From: a virus
UHGV virus genome: UHGV-1373641
Strand: one strand, 5' to 3'
DNA length: 64,000 nt
This document shows positions 19,496 through 28,902 of the stretch, piece after piece. A program made the translations under genes and the position numbers. Below the pieces are notes generated by a model, which worked only from the letters and a program-made list of their open reading frames with translations, made no database searches and was not told where the DNA came from. How positions within the stretch are numbered: the stretch's first letter is position 1; every line of letters starts with the position of its first letter.

Positions 19496-20816
19496 TGTCT
19501 TCGTCATTCCGTTGATCGCCATTGTTCGTCTCTCCGTTTTTAGGTTTTTTCGGAATTGTACTACCTGATTGAGGAATCTGTGCATCCATTACGTCCGCTT
19601 CCTTAACAATGGATTCTACAGTCCTCATAGCTCCCTGCATAAATAGCTCATCACCGCCCTTGACGGGATTCATTTCAGACAGGGCTCGAACTTCGTTAGG
19701 AGTCATATACCCGGAATTGATGGCAGTACGATAAACTTCGGCACGGCTTTTCGCGTCGCCACGAAGCAATCCATCATCCATGAACTTGAAATACAGACCT
19801 TCCTTTCTACGCTGTTCTTCTGTGAGCAAGAATTTATTGGCACTCGTTTCAATACGCCGATACCACGGATCAAGCGTATGAATTTTATGCTGCAAGAAAA
19901 GCTGTTCGGAAGATGCGTACGTTGTGGTCTTCATATAATCAAAGACCATGATTGGCATCACTCCCCAATTTCGACAAAGATCCGCAACTTGGAATTGACG
20001 ATTCTCAACAAACTGAGCGTCCTGATTAGTCATGGACATCTGCTGATATCGAAAATCGTTGCTCAAGATAATTGTCTTATTGGCATTTCTTGAACCGCTA
20101 TATTCTCTCTCCCACGTCTCACGAATACGCTTTCTCTGTTCCTCTGTCAAGTCATTTACTGCGGTAAGAATTCCGGAAGGTTTAACTCCATTCTTTAAAG
20201 ATGTTCCAAGATATTTATCCGAAGACAAAGAAAGACCAATAGCATTTTTTGCCAGTTTGACAGGAGACAGTCCACGAATAACATCGTACCCTCTCCACTT
20301 CAAATGCCACATATCCTTTTCAGGAATTTCAATATATCGCCCGTTTTCGGTCGTTACAAAATATTTTGACCGAAGCCCAAGAGAATCAGATTCATCCATC
20401 TGAACATTAACCATGCCGGGAGGGAAAGGATACATCTCCTTAATCTCTCCACGTACTCTTACAAGCCAAACGAAAGCTTCTCCAGTCAGCGCGAGATGCA
20501 AGCCGAGAGTCTCCCGAAATTCAAATTGACTTTGATATGGATTTGGGCCTTCCTCAAAAAGCCAATACAATGGGTGGTTTTCCGCTGGCTTTCTAGTATT
20601 TCCCTTTTTTTGATACAAACGAAAAGGAACCTGAGCGATACCATTGGAAATAACGGAAACACAAGCCAAGACGACAGAGCAATCAAGCGCTGTCCGCGTA
20701 GTTACTGGAGTACCGGAATCGGAAACAGAGATCGAATTTAAGAACGAATCGTCCATATTCGATTTAGACTCTGAATCCTTTTTTCGGAAGTTATTGAAAA
20801 TATTTAAAAAACCCAT
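19488..20816 (-). CDS. Portal protein (HK97 family)
   Basis: 442 aa. Motifs LGLHLALTGEAFVWLVR and acidic C-terminus. First gene of the minus-strand structural block. Confidence 0.85.
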   Translation of the reverse strand: MGFLNIFNNFRKKDSESKSNMDDSFLNSISVSDSGTPVTTRTALDCSVVLACVSVISNGIAQVPFRLYQKKGNTRKPAENHPLYWLFEEGPNPYQSQFEFRETLGLHLALTGEAFVWLVRVRGEIKEMYPFPPGMVNVQMDESDSLGLRSKYFVTTENGRYIEIPEKDMWHLKWRGYDVIRGLSPVKLAKNAIGLSLSSDKYLGTSLKNGVKPSGILTAVNDLTEEQRKRIRETWEREYSGSRNANKTIILSNDFRYQQMSMTNQDAQFVENRQFQVADLCRNWGVMPIMVFDYMKTTTYASSEQLFLQHKIHTLDPWYRRIETSANKFLLTEEQRRKEGLYFKFMDDGLLRGDAKSRAEVYRTAINSGYMTPNEVRALSEMNPVKGGDELFMQGAMRTVESIVKEADVMDAQIPQSGSTIPKKPKNGETNNGDQRNDEDNE

Positions 20817-20851
20817 AATACCCGCCCTGCGGTAAAAATTTACTACTACGT

Positions 20852-20880
20852 CCTATACGACATATATTTTCCTTTGTCAA
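20852..20880 (-). promoter_or_regulatory. Sigma70-like promoter for the structural (late) operon
   Basis: Minus strand TTGACA (plus 20875..20880) - 17 nt - TATAGG (plus 20852..20857) upstream of the portal ATG. Confidence 0.35.
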
Positions 20881-20918
20881 GTAAAAAATTGACAAAATTG
20901 TAAAATATAGAAAATTAA

Positions 20919-20936
20919 GGGGCGTAAATACGCCCC
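20919..20936. terminator. Bidirectional intrinsic terminator hairpin between nucleotide-metabolism and structural blocks
   Basis: GGGGCG-TAAATA-CGCCCC perfect hairpin flanked by T-rich tracts on both strands. Confidence 0.5.
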
Positions 20937-21034
20937 GTTATTAGTTTTTATTTATATCAAAAATAATCAAGCATAGATTATGAAGTTGAAGTGTAACTGC
21001 TCTTTATAGAACACTAAAGACCTAAAATTGACCC

Positions 21035-21610
21035 TTACCACTCATGAATGGATTGTTGTCTATGGTGGCTTCCTTTATGATTTAAAAGGATTTCGTCAAT
21101 CACAGCGTTGTATCCGTATTCATCCCCAATAATATAGAATTGAGAAGATAAATTAGTGTGCTTTTCAAAAATTTCTTTAAGAATTACGTCTTTCTCTTTT
21201 GCTTCCGTTTCCGTTTGGATTCTACCTACCATAGAATATTTTTTAACCCTTTTAATAAAAACATCCATTGTCTTTACGGAGCGGTGCAGATTGAGGATCA
21301 ACTCGGATAAAGACGCGGAATAATATGACCTAGGAGCGATATATGCCAGTCCAATCAAAATAGGCGAGTCCGTAATAATATAATCGACTTTTCCAAGAAG
21401 CCTATCTACTCGATGCCATTGCTGCGCAGTAACGAGCAATTGATCATTCAGTAGGTCGACGCTATTGTCCCATACACAATCTTTAGCAAACTCAGTTACA
21501 AGCTCGCAAGAAATCCCACACAGCTTTAGCTCCGAGAATATATGGGCGGCTCCGGTACTTTTCCCACATCCGGGGCCTCCATAAAGATTGATAACTTTAG
21601 TATCCTTCAT
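21035..21610 (-). CDS. P-loop NTPase, putative nucleoside/nucleotide kinase
   Basis: Walker A LYGGPGCGKST at the N-terminus, ~190 aa, sits in the nucleotide-metabolism block. Confidence 0.5.
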   Translation of the reverse strand: MKDTKVINLYGGPGCGKSTGAAHIFSELKLCGISCELVTEFAKDCVWDNSVDLLNDQLLVTAQQWHRVDRLLGKVDYIITDSPILIGLAYIAPRSYYSASLSELILNLHRSVKTMDVFIKRVKKYSMVGRIQTETEAKEKDVILKEIFEKHTNLSSQFYIIGDEYGYNAVIDEILLNHKGSHHRQQSIHEW

Positions 21611-22076
21611 ATACTACGGCTCCTTTCTTAATCAAATCTTCCCAAAGCTCTTCTCGCTGCTCCAAAGGGATGAGGGCTATGCTAAGATGCAAAGGGGCTT
21701 TGAAAATTATATCTATTTCCCTTTTTTCTTTTAACTTGCACCATCCATCCCCATACGCCACTTTCTTATTTGAAAACCAATGCTTACGAGCATAATAGAT
21801 TTCAGAATCGTCCTTATCGTATTTATCAATTTCTTCTTCTGGTATTTGCTCCTTAAAAAGAAGATCATATTGAGAATAGCGTCCCTTAACCCGAAAAAGG
21901 TTAAGACCATTTGCAAAAGAGAGAGTTCCATCCTCGATAGGAAAGGCGTCATCCCCAATATCCACAATTCTGCATCTATGAGTTCCAAGAACAATTCTAT
22001 GAATGGGGCGTTCTCTGGTAGGGATGAACAGTGTAAATTTAGGTATTTCTATAATAGTTTGCGTCAGCTCTTCCAT
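21597..22076 (-). CDS. Hypothetical protein, start-stop overlapped with the kinase gene
   Basis: 159-aa ORF. No recognisable motif. Confidence 0.3.
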   Translation of the reverse strand: MEELTQTIIEIPKFTLFIPTRERPIHRIVLGTHRCRIVDIGDDAFPIEDGTLSFANGLNLFRVKGRYSQYDLLFKEQIPEEEIDKYDKDDSEIYYARKHWFSNKKVAYGDGWCKLKEKREIDIIFKAPLHLSIALIPLEQREELWEDLIKKGAVVYEGY

Positions 22077-22078
22077 AT

Positions 22079-22324
22079 TTATACCTCCTTAGTATTTTCT
22101 TTTCCACTATTAAGCCATTCCTCGTAAAGAATATCGCATATACCTACAAAGTCTGGACGGGCTTTTTCTCTAAGCTCCTTTCTAAAATCAGGGTCGCACA
22201 TTTCTGCGGGGGTTACGGGCCGCCCAAAAAGTTCCTCAACATAAGAATGATATTCACTCCACGCGCCCATCAAGAATCCGGTAAATGCGGAAACTATTGC
22301 GCCTTCTCGATTCGTAAACTCCAT
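22079..22324 (-). CDS. Hypothetical protein
   Basis: 81-aa ORF. Confidence 0.3.
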   Translation of the reverse strand: MEFTNREGAIVSAFTGFLMGAWSEYHSYVEELFGRPVTPAEMCDPDFRKELREKARPDFVGICDILYEEWLNSGKENTKEV

Positions 22325-22386
22325 AGATCCTCCTTTTTTAATATGGAGTACGTAAGATTAAATGTACTTACGTACTCCATATTTAG

Positions 22387-22830
22387 CTACAACTTTACGA
22401 TTCTTTGGTTATTCGATGCCAACTTTATTCCGAATAAAGGTTCTATATAAGATGGTTTTGTTTTATCATACATTCCGAGCTTGGCATATTTTAACAGGTG
22501 GTGAAGCGGCTTAGGAATTTTTTCATATCTTGTCCATAACCAAATCTCCTGAAAATACGCATTCAATCGAATGATAAAGTTTTGAAGAGAAATCAAATTC
22601 TGATCAAGAGGTTCTCCTCCCAAAATCCAAACTTTTTTTACTAATAGTTCACTGTCTTTAAAAAGTCCAGAATTTTCTTGAGTTTTAAGCCATTCCTGAT
22701 ACGGAATCCCCTGATTGAATTCCCAAAGTTCTTTGTTATGACATCCCTCACAATGAGGTGCCTTACATCCGGAAAGATATATTTCCAGTGCCCGATGAGC
22801 CAGATTAAATTCTGTGCCCGCTACTCGCAT
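22387..22830 (-). CDS. nrdG: Anaerobic ribonucleotide reductase activating protein (radical SAM)
   Basis: Cys cluster CKAPHCEGCHNKE and GGEPL motif typical of NrdG activases. Overlaps the nrdD stop. Confidence 0.75.
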   Translation of the reverse strand: MRVAGTEFNLAHRALEIYLSGCKAPHCEGCHNKELWEFNQGIPYQEWLKTQENSGLFKDSELLVKKVWILGGEPLDQNLISLQNFIIRLNAYFQEIWLWTRYEKIPKPLHHLLKYAKLGMYDKTKPSYIEPLFGIKLASNNQRIVKL

Positions 22831-25766
22831 CTCATTTCTTCCTTACCATAGAACTGGCGATTGGGACGGTCTTTTTCACGGCGAACCTTATTCCAATTTT
22901 TTACATTAGTAAAGAATCCGACAACACGGGTAATCTCCTCAGACCATTCTTTGCCACAGGTAGGGCATCTGTCGGAACCCACCCAAGTATGGTTATCATC
23001 GCAGATCCGAAGAAGATAGTTTACTGCCCAATAAACAACGCCAGACTTTGCGGCATAGATGATAAGGTCTTCGATGTTCTTCGTGTCCTCAATTCTCTCA
23101 CCAACATTGACATGGCAAATCGCTCCACCCGAAAACAATCCATCGAATTTTCCTTGGAGTCTAATACGGTCGAGCATATTGGCTTTAGCGATAAGCGGAA
23201 TAAACTGATTCGAATAGAAGGATACTCCACAATCGTAACCAAGGACTTTATCTTTCTTCGCGAGTTTCACAGAGGATGACTCGGCAGGAACCTGTTCACA
23301 ATTATGAGGAGCTTGATACAATTCTTGAGCTTCATCAATCCAAAGGTTAATCTGTTCAAGAGTCCGCATCACAAGATCTTGCCCATCCTCATCCAAAATG
23401 TCCTTTCCGAGGATGCTCACTGCTTCATAGAGTCCGGTGACTCCAAAAGTCGAATATTGTTTAGTAATATCCATGTATCCATGCGTGTACAAAGGCGCTG
23501 CGCCAAGGTCAATTCGACGCTGTACAATCTTGCGTTTAGCGTTATTGATTTTCGCTGCGGTAAAAAACGCATCCCTAAGCTTATCAATAAACACGCCCTC
23601 ATCTCCCCCCGACTGCATTGCAAGGCGAGGGAAGTTTGCCGTCACAACACCAAGAGATCCAATTTTTGTGCTTCCGGAGCCGAAAGAATTAAAATACTCA
23701 TTTTTCCTGTCCGAGCGCAAACGACAGTTATGGGTGATTACGCCATTGGGCAAAGTGAAGTAAGGTTCTTCCGGATTCTGCATTTCAAAACAATATACGT
23801 ATTCTTCGTCGTAAGGAACTTCTTCGACACTTTCTACCTTAAAATACACAGAGTTGTTTCTTACCTTGTATACGCCCGGATGCTCACGACGATTCTTCAA
23901 ATCATACCAACGGATACAATATAGGGGGTAATTCCGAGAATAGTTCTTTCCGCGAATCTCCACCAACTCATCAGTGCGATCCGACAGGTCGATGTTGCTA
24001 ACCATACCCAGAGAAGTAAGGATGGCTTCTCCAGTTTCGATAAGCTCTTTAGACGTAGAATAAATACGATTGCTATTTCCTCCGTCAGTTGCATACCATC
24101 CGGCGATGATGCCCTTGCGGAACTCTGTGGATTGAAGAAGAATGTTCATATCAAACGACTTCTCTTCCGCATAAGAACCTTTAACATACTTCCCAATAAT
24201 ATCATATATCGCCTTAGAATAAATTTTGGCAAACACAACTTTGTTCCGGGACGGATTAATATGGAAGTCCTCTTCAATACCCCAATCTTTTGCGGCTTGA
24301 ATAAGCGTGTCGATACAACCGCGCTTCGCTTCACTCAAAGAAAAAGTCACATCGTAACTTTCGACGCCCTCTCTTGCATATCGGCTTCCATCGCCAGCAT
24401 AGGCCCCAATGAGATACCCCTGAGCATAGGTAAGGTGCTCATCTTTTTCATTATAAGAGTTAAGCTCCCTCATACTGAATCCGATATAATCATCAGTAGT
24501 CAAATCAACAGTAGTTTTATCCCCAGAGAGAGTATAGTTGATATGATTATCCGTTACAACAAATTCCTTCTTATTAGAAAGAACGACCTTATACATCTTA
24601 TGGCCCAAAACAGGAAGCATCACGGGCTTTGCCTTGACCCAAGACCCATTGTGGAATACAGCGAAGTTCTTCCTATAAAGATCATAGTTGGATGATTTTA
24701 CGATATCACGAATATCCGCAAGAACCACGCCATTACTGGATTTCGTAAGGACTTTCTGCCCTCCAGAAAAACAGCATGAACTCAAAGTTGACATTTTGCC
24801 ATTATACATATTGATAAATCCGAACTCTTTGTTCTTCTCAGCAATGAACTTTACAAAGTCCTTATCTACGATATTTCGGTCGTCATCAATAGAAAAACAA
24901 GCTGTCGTTACGGGAAACGTAAGAGGCGTTCTCCGCATCTCTTCATTCATGGCGTCGAGGAAAAGCCCCTGCAACTCATGAACAGTTTCAGGATTAGCGG
25001 CTTTTCCGTCCATCATGTAATCAGGACAGAGGGATTCAAGGAAATTACGGTCGAATACAGAAAGATTGGAAAATGGGCTTTGATTTCCCCGGAATTCCCA
25101 ATTCACCGTATAAATAAAATTGATAAGTTTTTCCTTTACATATGTTTTATAATCATCAACTTTAATCCGACCATCGTATCCGATCTTTTTCATTTTTTCT
25201 ACGAAAAGAGATGCCACAATAAGAAAATCTGCAAATCCGGTAGCTCCCAAGGTTGAGTTTGCAGCAACAACCATAAACTGTTCTACTTGACGCACAAACG
25301 TCTCCAAAGATTTAGGAGCGCTCACACGAACTCGCTTAGATACGCCTTCCAAACCATTAAGAGCGATATCATAAGTAGAATAATTAAAACAATAGGGAAG
25401 GGCTACATCAGTGGAGTCGTTAACATAAAGATCACCACGAAGCACTTTTTCCACGACAGTATTAGCTTCAAGGAGCCCATAATCCTTTTTAATCTGTTTC
25501 CAGAGGAGGAAATAACTATTGTACTTTTTAATGGGCTTCGGCATTTCATGATTATACTCAATAGATGTCCGCGCACATACATTGGCATTAGAGTCTACGG
25601 AAACATCTGCCGTTGTAGTATCCGTATTAAAAAAATCTTTAGAAAACTTATTGATATCCATCTGATCGCCAATTCCATCCAAGGTCAAAAAGTCCCTGCC
25701 ATATTTAGCGATAAGATACATCATAAGGTCATAGAACTCTTGATCCCAAGTAATCTTAATATGCAT
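22821..25766 (-). CDS. nrdD: Anaerobic (class III) ribonucleoside-triphosphate reductase, interrupted by an intein
   Basis: N-terminal ATP-cone-like region. C-terminal CPTCGKEW zinc ribbon and TRVVGFF glycyl-radical region. 981 aa against ~630 expected. Intein junctions SSC/CFSGGQ... and ...VITHN/CRLRSD. Confidence 0.85.
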   Translation of the reverse strand: MHIKITWDQEFYDLMMYLIAKYGRDFLTLDGIGDQMDINKFSKDFFNTDTTTADVSVDSNANVCARTSIEYNHEMPKPIKKYNSYFLLWKQIKKDYGLLEANTVVEKVLRGDLYVNDSTDVALPYCFNYSTYDIALNGLEGVSKRVRVSAPKSLETFVRQVEQFMVVAANSTLGATGFADFLIVASLFVEKMKKIGYDGRIKVDDYKTYVKEKLINFIYTVNWEFRGNQSPFSNLSVFDRNFLESLCPDYMMDGKAANPETVHELQGLFLDAMNEEMRRTPLTFPVTTACFSIDDDRNIVDKDFVKFIAEKNKEFGFINMYNGKMSTLSSCCFSGGQKVLTKSSNGVVLADIRDIVKSSNYDLYRKNFAVFHNGSWVKAKPVMLPVLGHKMYKVVLSNKKEFVVTDNHINYTLSGDKTTVDLTTDDYIGFSMRELNSYNEKDEHLTYAQGYLIGAYAGDGSRYAREGVESYDVTFSLSEAKRGCIDTLIQAAKDWGIEEDFHINPSRNKVVFAKIYSKAIYDIIGKYVKGSYAEEKSFDMNILLQSTEFRKGIIAGWYATDGGNSNRIYSTSKELIETGEAILTSLGMVSNIDLSDRTDELVEIRGKNYSRNYPLYCIRWYDLKNRREHPGVYKVRNNSVYFKVESVEEVPYDEEYVYCFEMQNPEEPYFTLPNGVITHNCRLRSDRKNEYFNSFGSGSTKIGSLGVVTANFPRLAMQSGGDEGVFIDKLRDAFFTAAKINNAKRKIVQRRIDLGAAPLYTHGYMDITKQYSTFGVTGLYEAVSILGKDILDEDGQDLVMRTLEQINLWIDEAQELYQAPHNCEQVPAESSSVKLAKKDKVLGYDCGVSFYSNQFIPLIAKANMLDRIRLQGKFDGLFSGGAICHVNVGERIEDTKNIEDLIIYAAKSGVVYWAVNYLLRICDDNHTWVGSDRCPTCGKEWSEEITRVVGFFTNVKNWNKVRREKDRPNRQFYGKEEMRCE
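23727..24773 (-). mobile_element. Intein with LAGLIDADG homing-endonuclease domain inside nrdD
   Basis: Block A CFSGGQKVLT. Two LAGLIDADG motifs (LIGAYAGDGS, IIAGWYATDGG). Terminal HN followed by +1 Cys. 349 aa; removing it restores the conserved SCCRL region. Confidence 0.75.
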
Positions 25767-25850
25767 GTGCTTTCCTCTTTTTTTTATTTATGTTTTTATA
25801 CATTTTTCAATGGCTAAATATTGACATCTAGCCATTGAAATTTTTTCTAT

Positions 25851-26306
25851 TTACACACCAGTGCTGCCAAACCCGCCAGTGCCTCGAACGGTTGTGGAAA
25901 GCTCCTCAGTCTCCACCCAATCGACAGGAAGATACGGAACAATGACAATCTGGCAAATCCGATCGCCCGTTACATAAATTTTATTCGCAAGGCTAGGATC
26001 TTGGAAGTAATTCTTGGGAATACGGAAGACAGCCTTGATCTCTCCGCGATAATCGGAGTCAATGACGCCTACGCAATTAGAGAGCGTCATTTCCTTCTTG
26101 AATACAGAAGACCGAGGAAACACGAGGCCCACGTACCCCGCAGGGATTTCCATACCGATTCCGGTTCCATAGGTAACAAGCCCTTTATCCCAATCGATAT
26201 CGCAGGTGACTGCATGGAGGTCATATCCAGCGGACCAATCGGTTCCACGGAGGGGCATACTGGCATTTTCATGAAAACGCTTGAAGTTGATAATGTGATT
26301 GCTCAT
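25851..26306 (-). CDS. dut: dUTP diphosphatase
   Basis: Motifs RSS..., AGYDL, GVIDSDYRGE typical of trimeric dUTPases. 151 aa. Confidence 0.85.
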   Translation of the reverse strand: MSNHIINFKRFHENASMPLRGTDWSAGYDLHAVTCDIDWDKGLVTYGTGIGMEIPAGYVGLVFPRSSVFKKEMTLSNCVGVIDSDYRGEIKAVFRIPKNYFQDPSLANKIYVTGDRICQIVIVPYLPVDWVETEELSTTVRGTGGFGSTGV

Positions 26307-26320
26307 GTAGATTCTCCTTA

Positions 26321-26974
26321 TTAGTTAAAGATTGTATATCCGATAAACATCTTCTCAGGATAGGGCATTTTCCCATTTTCAAGAAAAATGATTCCCTTTA
26401 TAATCTCGGGGAGATGTTTAAGAACATTAATTTTTTCATCCGGGGATACTCCTACGATATTAGATAAATTACGAACATATTTTTTTGTATCGTTTTCGTG
26501 AGGAGGTCCCATTCTATACACCATGCTCCGCAATGTGTCAAGGCCGTTCTTGTGTTGATAATTCTTTAGATTTTTTGCACAAGCCCGGATACCATACTCA
26601 GGGGATTCAAAAATGATGAACTTGCCATCACTTCCAATTTGACCGTCCCATTTCGTATTCTTCGAGCTTTTGAGATTACAAGGATTGTTATTCCGCAATC
26701 CTCTAGTATCTCCATACGTCTCTTTTTTATCTTGAGACGTATTTTCCTTTTTTTGATAAGGGGCTTCTAACTTCTGCTTCATAATAGCATTTTCAGAGGC
26801 CATACTTCCTAACGCTGTACTTAAAAATTCTATCTTATGATGAAGTTCCTCTATCTGAATATTCTTACTTTTTCTAAAATTTGTAAGTGTTACATAATTA
26901 TGTACTGAATTAGCAATAAATACGCTAATTAAAAGAGCTATAAGAATCCTATCCAAATAATTGAATTTAAACAT
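26321..26974 (-). CDS. N-terminally membrane-anchored protein with coiled coil and C-terminal domain carrying an RNNNPCNL motif
   Basis: TM helix ILIALLISVFIANSV. Coiled-coil 40-90. C-terminal ~120-aa domain (GLRNNNPCNLK...). Possible cell-wall-acting function, speculative. Confidence 0.35.
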   Translation of the reverse strand: MFKFNYLDRILIALLISVFIANSVHNYVTLTNFRKSKNIQIEELHHKIEFLSTALGSMASENAIMKQKLEAPYQKKENTSQDKKETYGDTRGLRNNNPCNLKSSKNTKWDGQIGSDGKFIIFESPEYGIRACAKNLKNYQHKNGLDTLRSMVYRMGPPHENDTKKYVRNLSNIVGVSPDEKINVLKHLPEIIKGIIFLENGKMPYPEKMFIGYTIFN

Positions 26975-27139
26975 CCACCCTACCTTAATATTTTTTATCT
27001 ACTATTTTCAATTCTTACGTTTTCCCAATATTCTCTTTCGGCTTTTTCACATTTTTGAAAACCCCAAATGAAAACAGAAACAAAAACCGCCAATAAAATC
27101 ATACCTTTGATTTTCATAATAACTATTTTCTTTCTGTGT

Positions 27140-27745
27140 TTATTCATTATTACTCTCTCCCTTTACGGCAGGGATAAACCTATCATCAAGATACATGAGA
27201 ATCTGGTCGCAGAAAAACCTCCATTCTTTCAGCTTATGGTTCTTGCGCTGATGGTACATATTCCGAAGAACCTTATAATTAGTACATACGATTCTCCGCT
27301 GCAAAAATCCTTCGGGGAGATTTTCTTTTACACCTTCAAAGTCCTTTTCGTCAATCATTTTATTCAGAATATCGATAATTTCCTGACGAACTTTGTCGGA
27401 GAAATCGTCCTTCGTGAGATGCCGCTTCATAATCGTGTGCATCGTAGACTCGGACTGTTTGGATGTTCCCACACGATAGGTATCGAATTGCGACCAGAAA
27501 TAGCGGGGTGCAGTAATATCGATCCAAACTACGATACTTTCTAAAAATTTATTATGCCCTCCATCAAGTCCAGCAAGTTTATGCGCACGAGCAGAAAGTT
27601 TATTTAAAGTATTTTCGGCTTTCACCCTCCCATCGCATTCGATGTCGCCTATAGTTTTATCAGACGTAAGGCCATAAGACAAACCCATCCCAAGAAACGC
27701 AGCGACGTGTCCAGCTTCCCCAATAAACTCAACTTTCATGTTCAT
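27140..27745 (-). CDS. ThyX-like (flavin-dependent thymidylate synthase fold) protein with divergent active-site motif
   Basis: Start MNMKVEF at 27745 (SD GAAGGA). Segment GGHNKFLESIVVWIDITAPRYFWSQFDTYRVGTSKQSES aligns from memory with ThyX [38 protein letters not shown]. The RHR-x7-S motif is replaced by TYR-x7-S. C-terminal NYKVLRNMYHQRKNH..W matches the ThyX NARSLMNFLNLR...W region. Confidence 0.5.
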   Translation of the reverse strand: MNMKVEFIGEAGHVAAFLGMGLSYGLTSDKTIGDIECDGRVKAENTLNKLSARAHKLAGLDGGHNKFLESIVVWIDITAPRYFWSQFDTYRVGTSKQSESTMHTIMKRHLTKDDFSDKVRQEIIDILNKMIDEKDFEGVKENLPEGFLQRRIVCTNYKVLRNMYHQRKNHKLKEWRFFCDQILMYLDDRFIPAVKGESNNE

Positions 27746-27758
27746 TTGTTTTTCCTTC

Positions 27759-28880
27759 TTATGCTTTAAAGTTATATACTGGCTTAATAGTGAACAAGGC
27801 TTCCACCGATTGAAGATTGTTACGAATCTCTGATCCATCCTTGTATGCCATAGGGCTTTCGTCAAGAGTAGAAGTATTTACGCAAGAAGAATAAATACCT
27901 TCCATTTCATTTTTAAAATCATTCATATCAAGACTGCGCTTGGCTTCACCTCTGCTTAGTCTACGTCCAGCTCCATGAGGTGCGGAATAGTTCCAATCTT
28001 CAAGCCCTTTACCAAAACCAAAAATAATACCGTCTCTCATATTCAAAGGGATCATAAGAGCCTGTTCTTTTTTAGCGGAAACGGCTCCCTTGCGCAGCAT
28101 GAACACATCATTGTCAATACGTTCTATATAGTTATGAACGGTTTCATAAACATCATCTTTCTTAATCCCAATGTGTAGCATGATATCGTTAATGATCGCC
28201 TCACGATTCAAAGAGGCATAATATTTCATGATTTCCATATCATACATATATTCATCGAACATCTCCCCTGAAAGATACGCTAGATGTTTGGGGGTGCCCG
28301 GACATTCTTTAATAGCGACATTTTGATAATAAGTAGCTACTTCTTTTCCAATATTCCTAGAACCAGAATGTACGGTAAGGAAATAAGAAAAAGTACCATC
28401 GAAATTATCGGATTCCCCTATTTCAATAAAATGATTCCCTCCCCCCAAAGTCCCAATACTGTGCTCCGCACGAGCGATATTAACTTCATTACGACACGCA
28501 AGCATATTCAAATTGATGGCGCTAACCAATTCATGCTTGTCGTTACGAATATTAAATCCTGCGGGAATATGCTTTCGAATAATTCGATCAATTTCTTCAA
28601 AAAAGCTATTGTTAAGTTTATCGTCCAAAGTAAATTCACAGGAAAGTAATCCACAACCTATATCGACTCCGACAAGATTAGGAACGATTTTCTTGTTTTC
28701 GATAGTCATCGTCGTTCCAATAACGCATCCAGCGCCAGCATGTACATCTGGCATAATGCGAATCCTACTACCTTCGGTGAACTCTTGATTACACAATTCG
28801 ATAATTTGAGCCATAGCTGTCGGCTCAACATAATCCGTGAAAACCTTAGCTGTACTTACTGAGCCTTTTACTTCAAACAT
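27759..28880 (-). CDS. rtcB: RtcB family 3'-phosphate RNA ligase
   Basis: Motifs MPDVHAGAGCVIGTT, GGGNHFIE and HGAGR. 373 aa. Confidence 0.85.
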   Translation of the reverse strand: MFEVKGSVSTAKVFTDYVEPTAMAQIIELCNQEFTEGSRIRIMPDVHAGAGCVIGTTMTIENKKIVPNLVGVDIGCGLLSCEFTLDDKLNNSFFEEIDRIIRKHIPAGFNIRNDKHELVSAINLNMLACRNEVNIARAEHSIGTLGGGNHFIEIGESDNFDGTFSYFLTVHSGSRNIGKEVATYYQNVAIKECPGTPKHLAYLSGEMFDEYMYDMEIMKYYASLNREAIINDIMLHIGIKKDDVYETVHNYIERIDNDVFMLRKGAVSAKKEQALMIPLNMRDGIIFGFGKGLEDWNYSAPHGAGRRLSRGEAKRSLDMNDFKNEMEGIYSSCVNTSTLDESPMAYKDGSEIRNNLQSVEALFTIKPVYNFKA

Positions 28881-28902
28881 TTGAACTCCTTATTTCCAAT
28901 AA

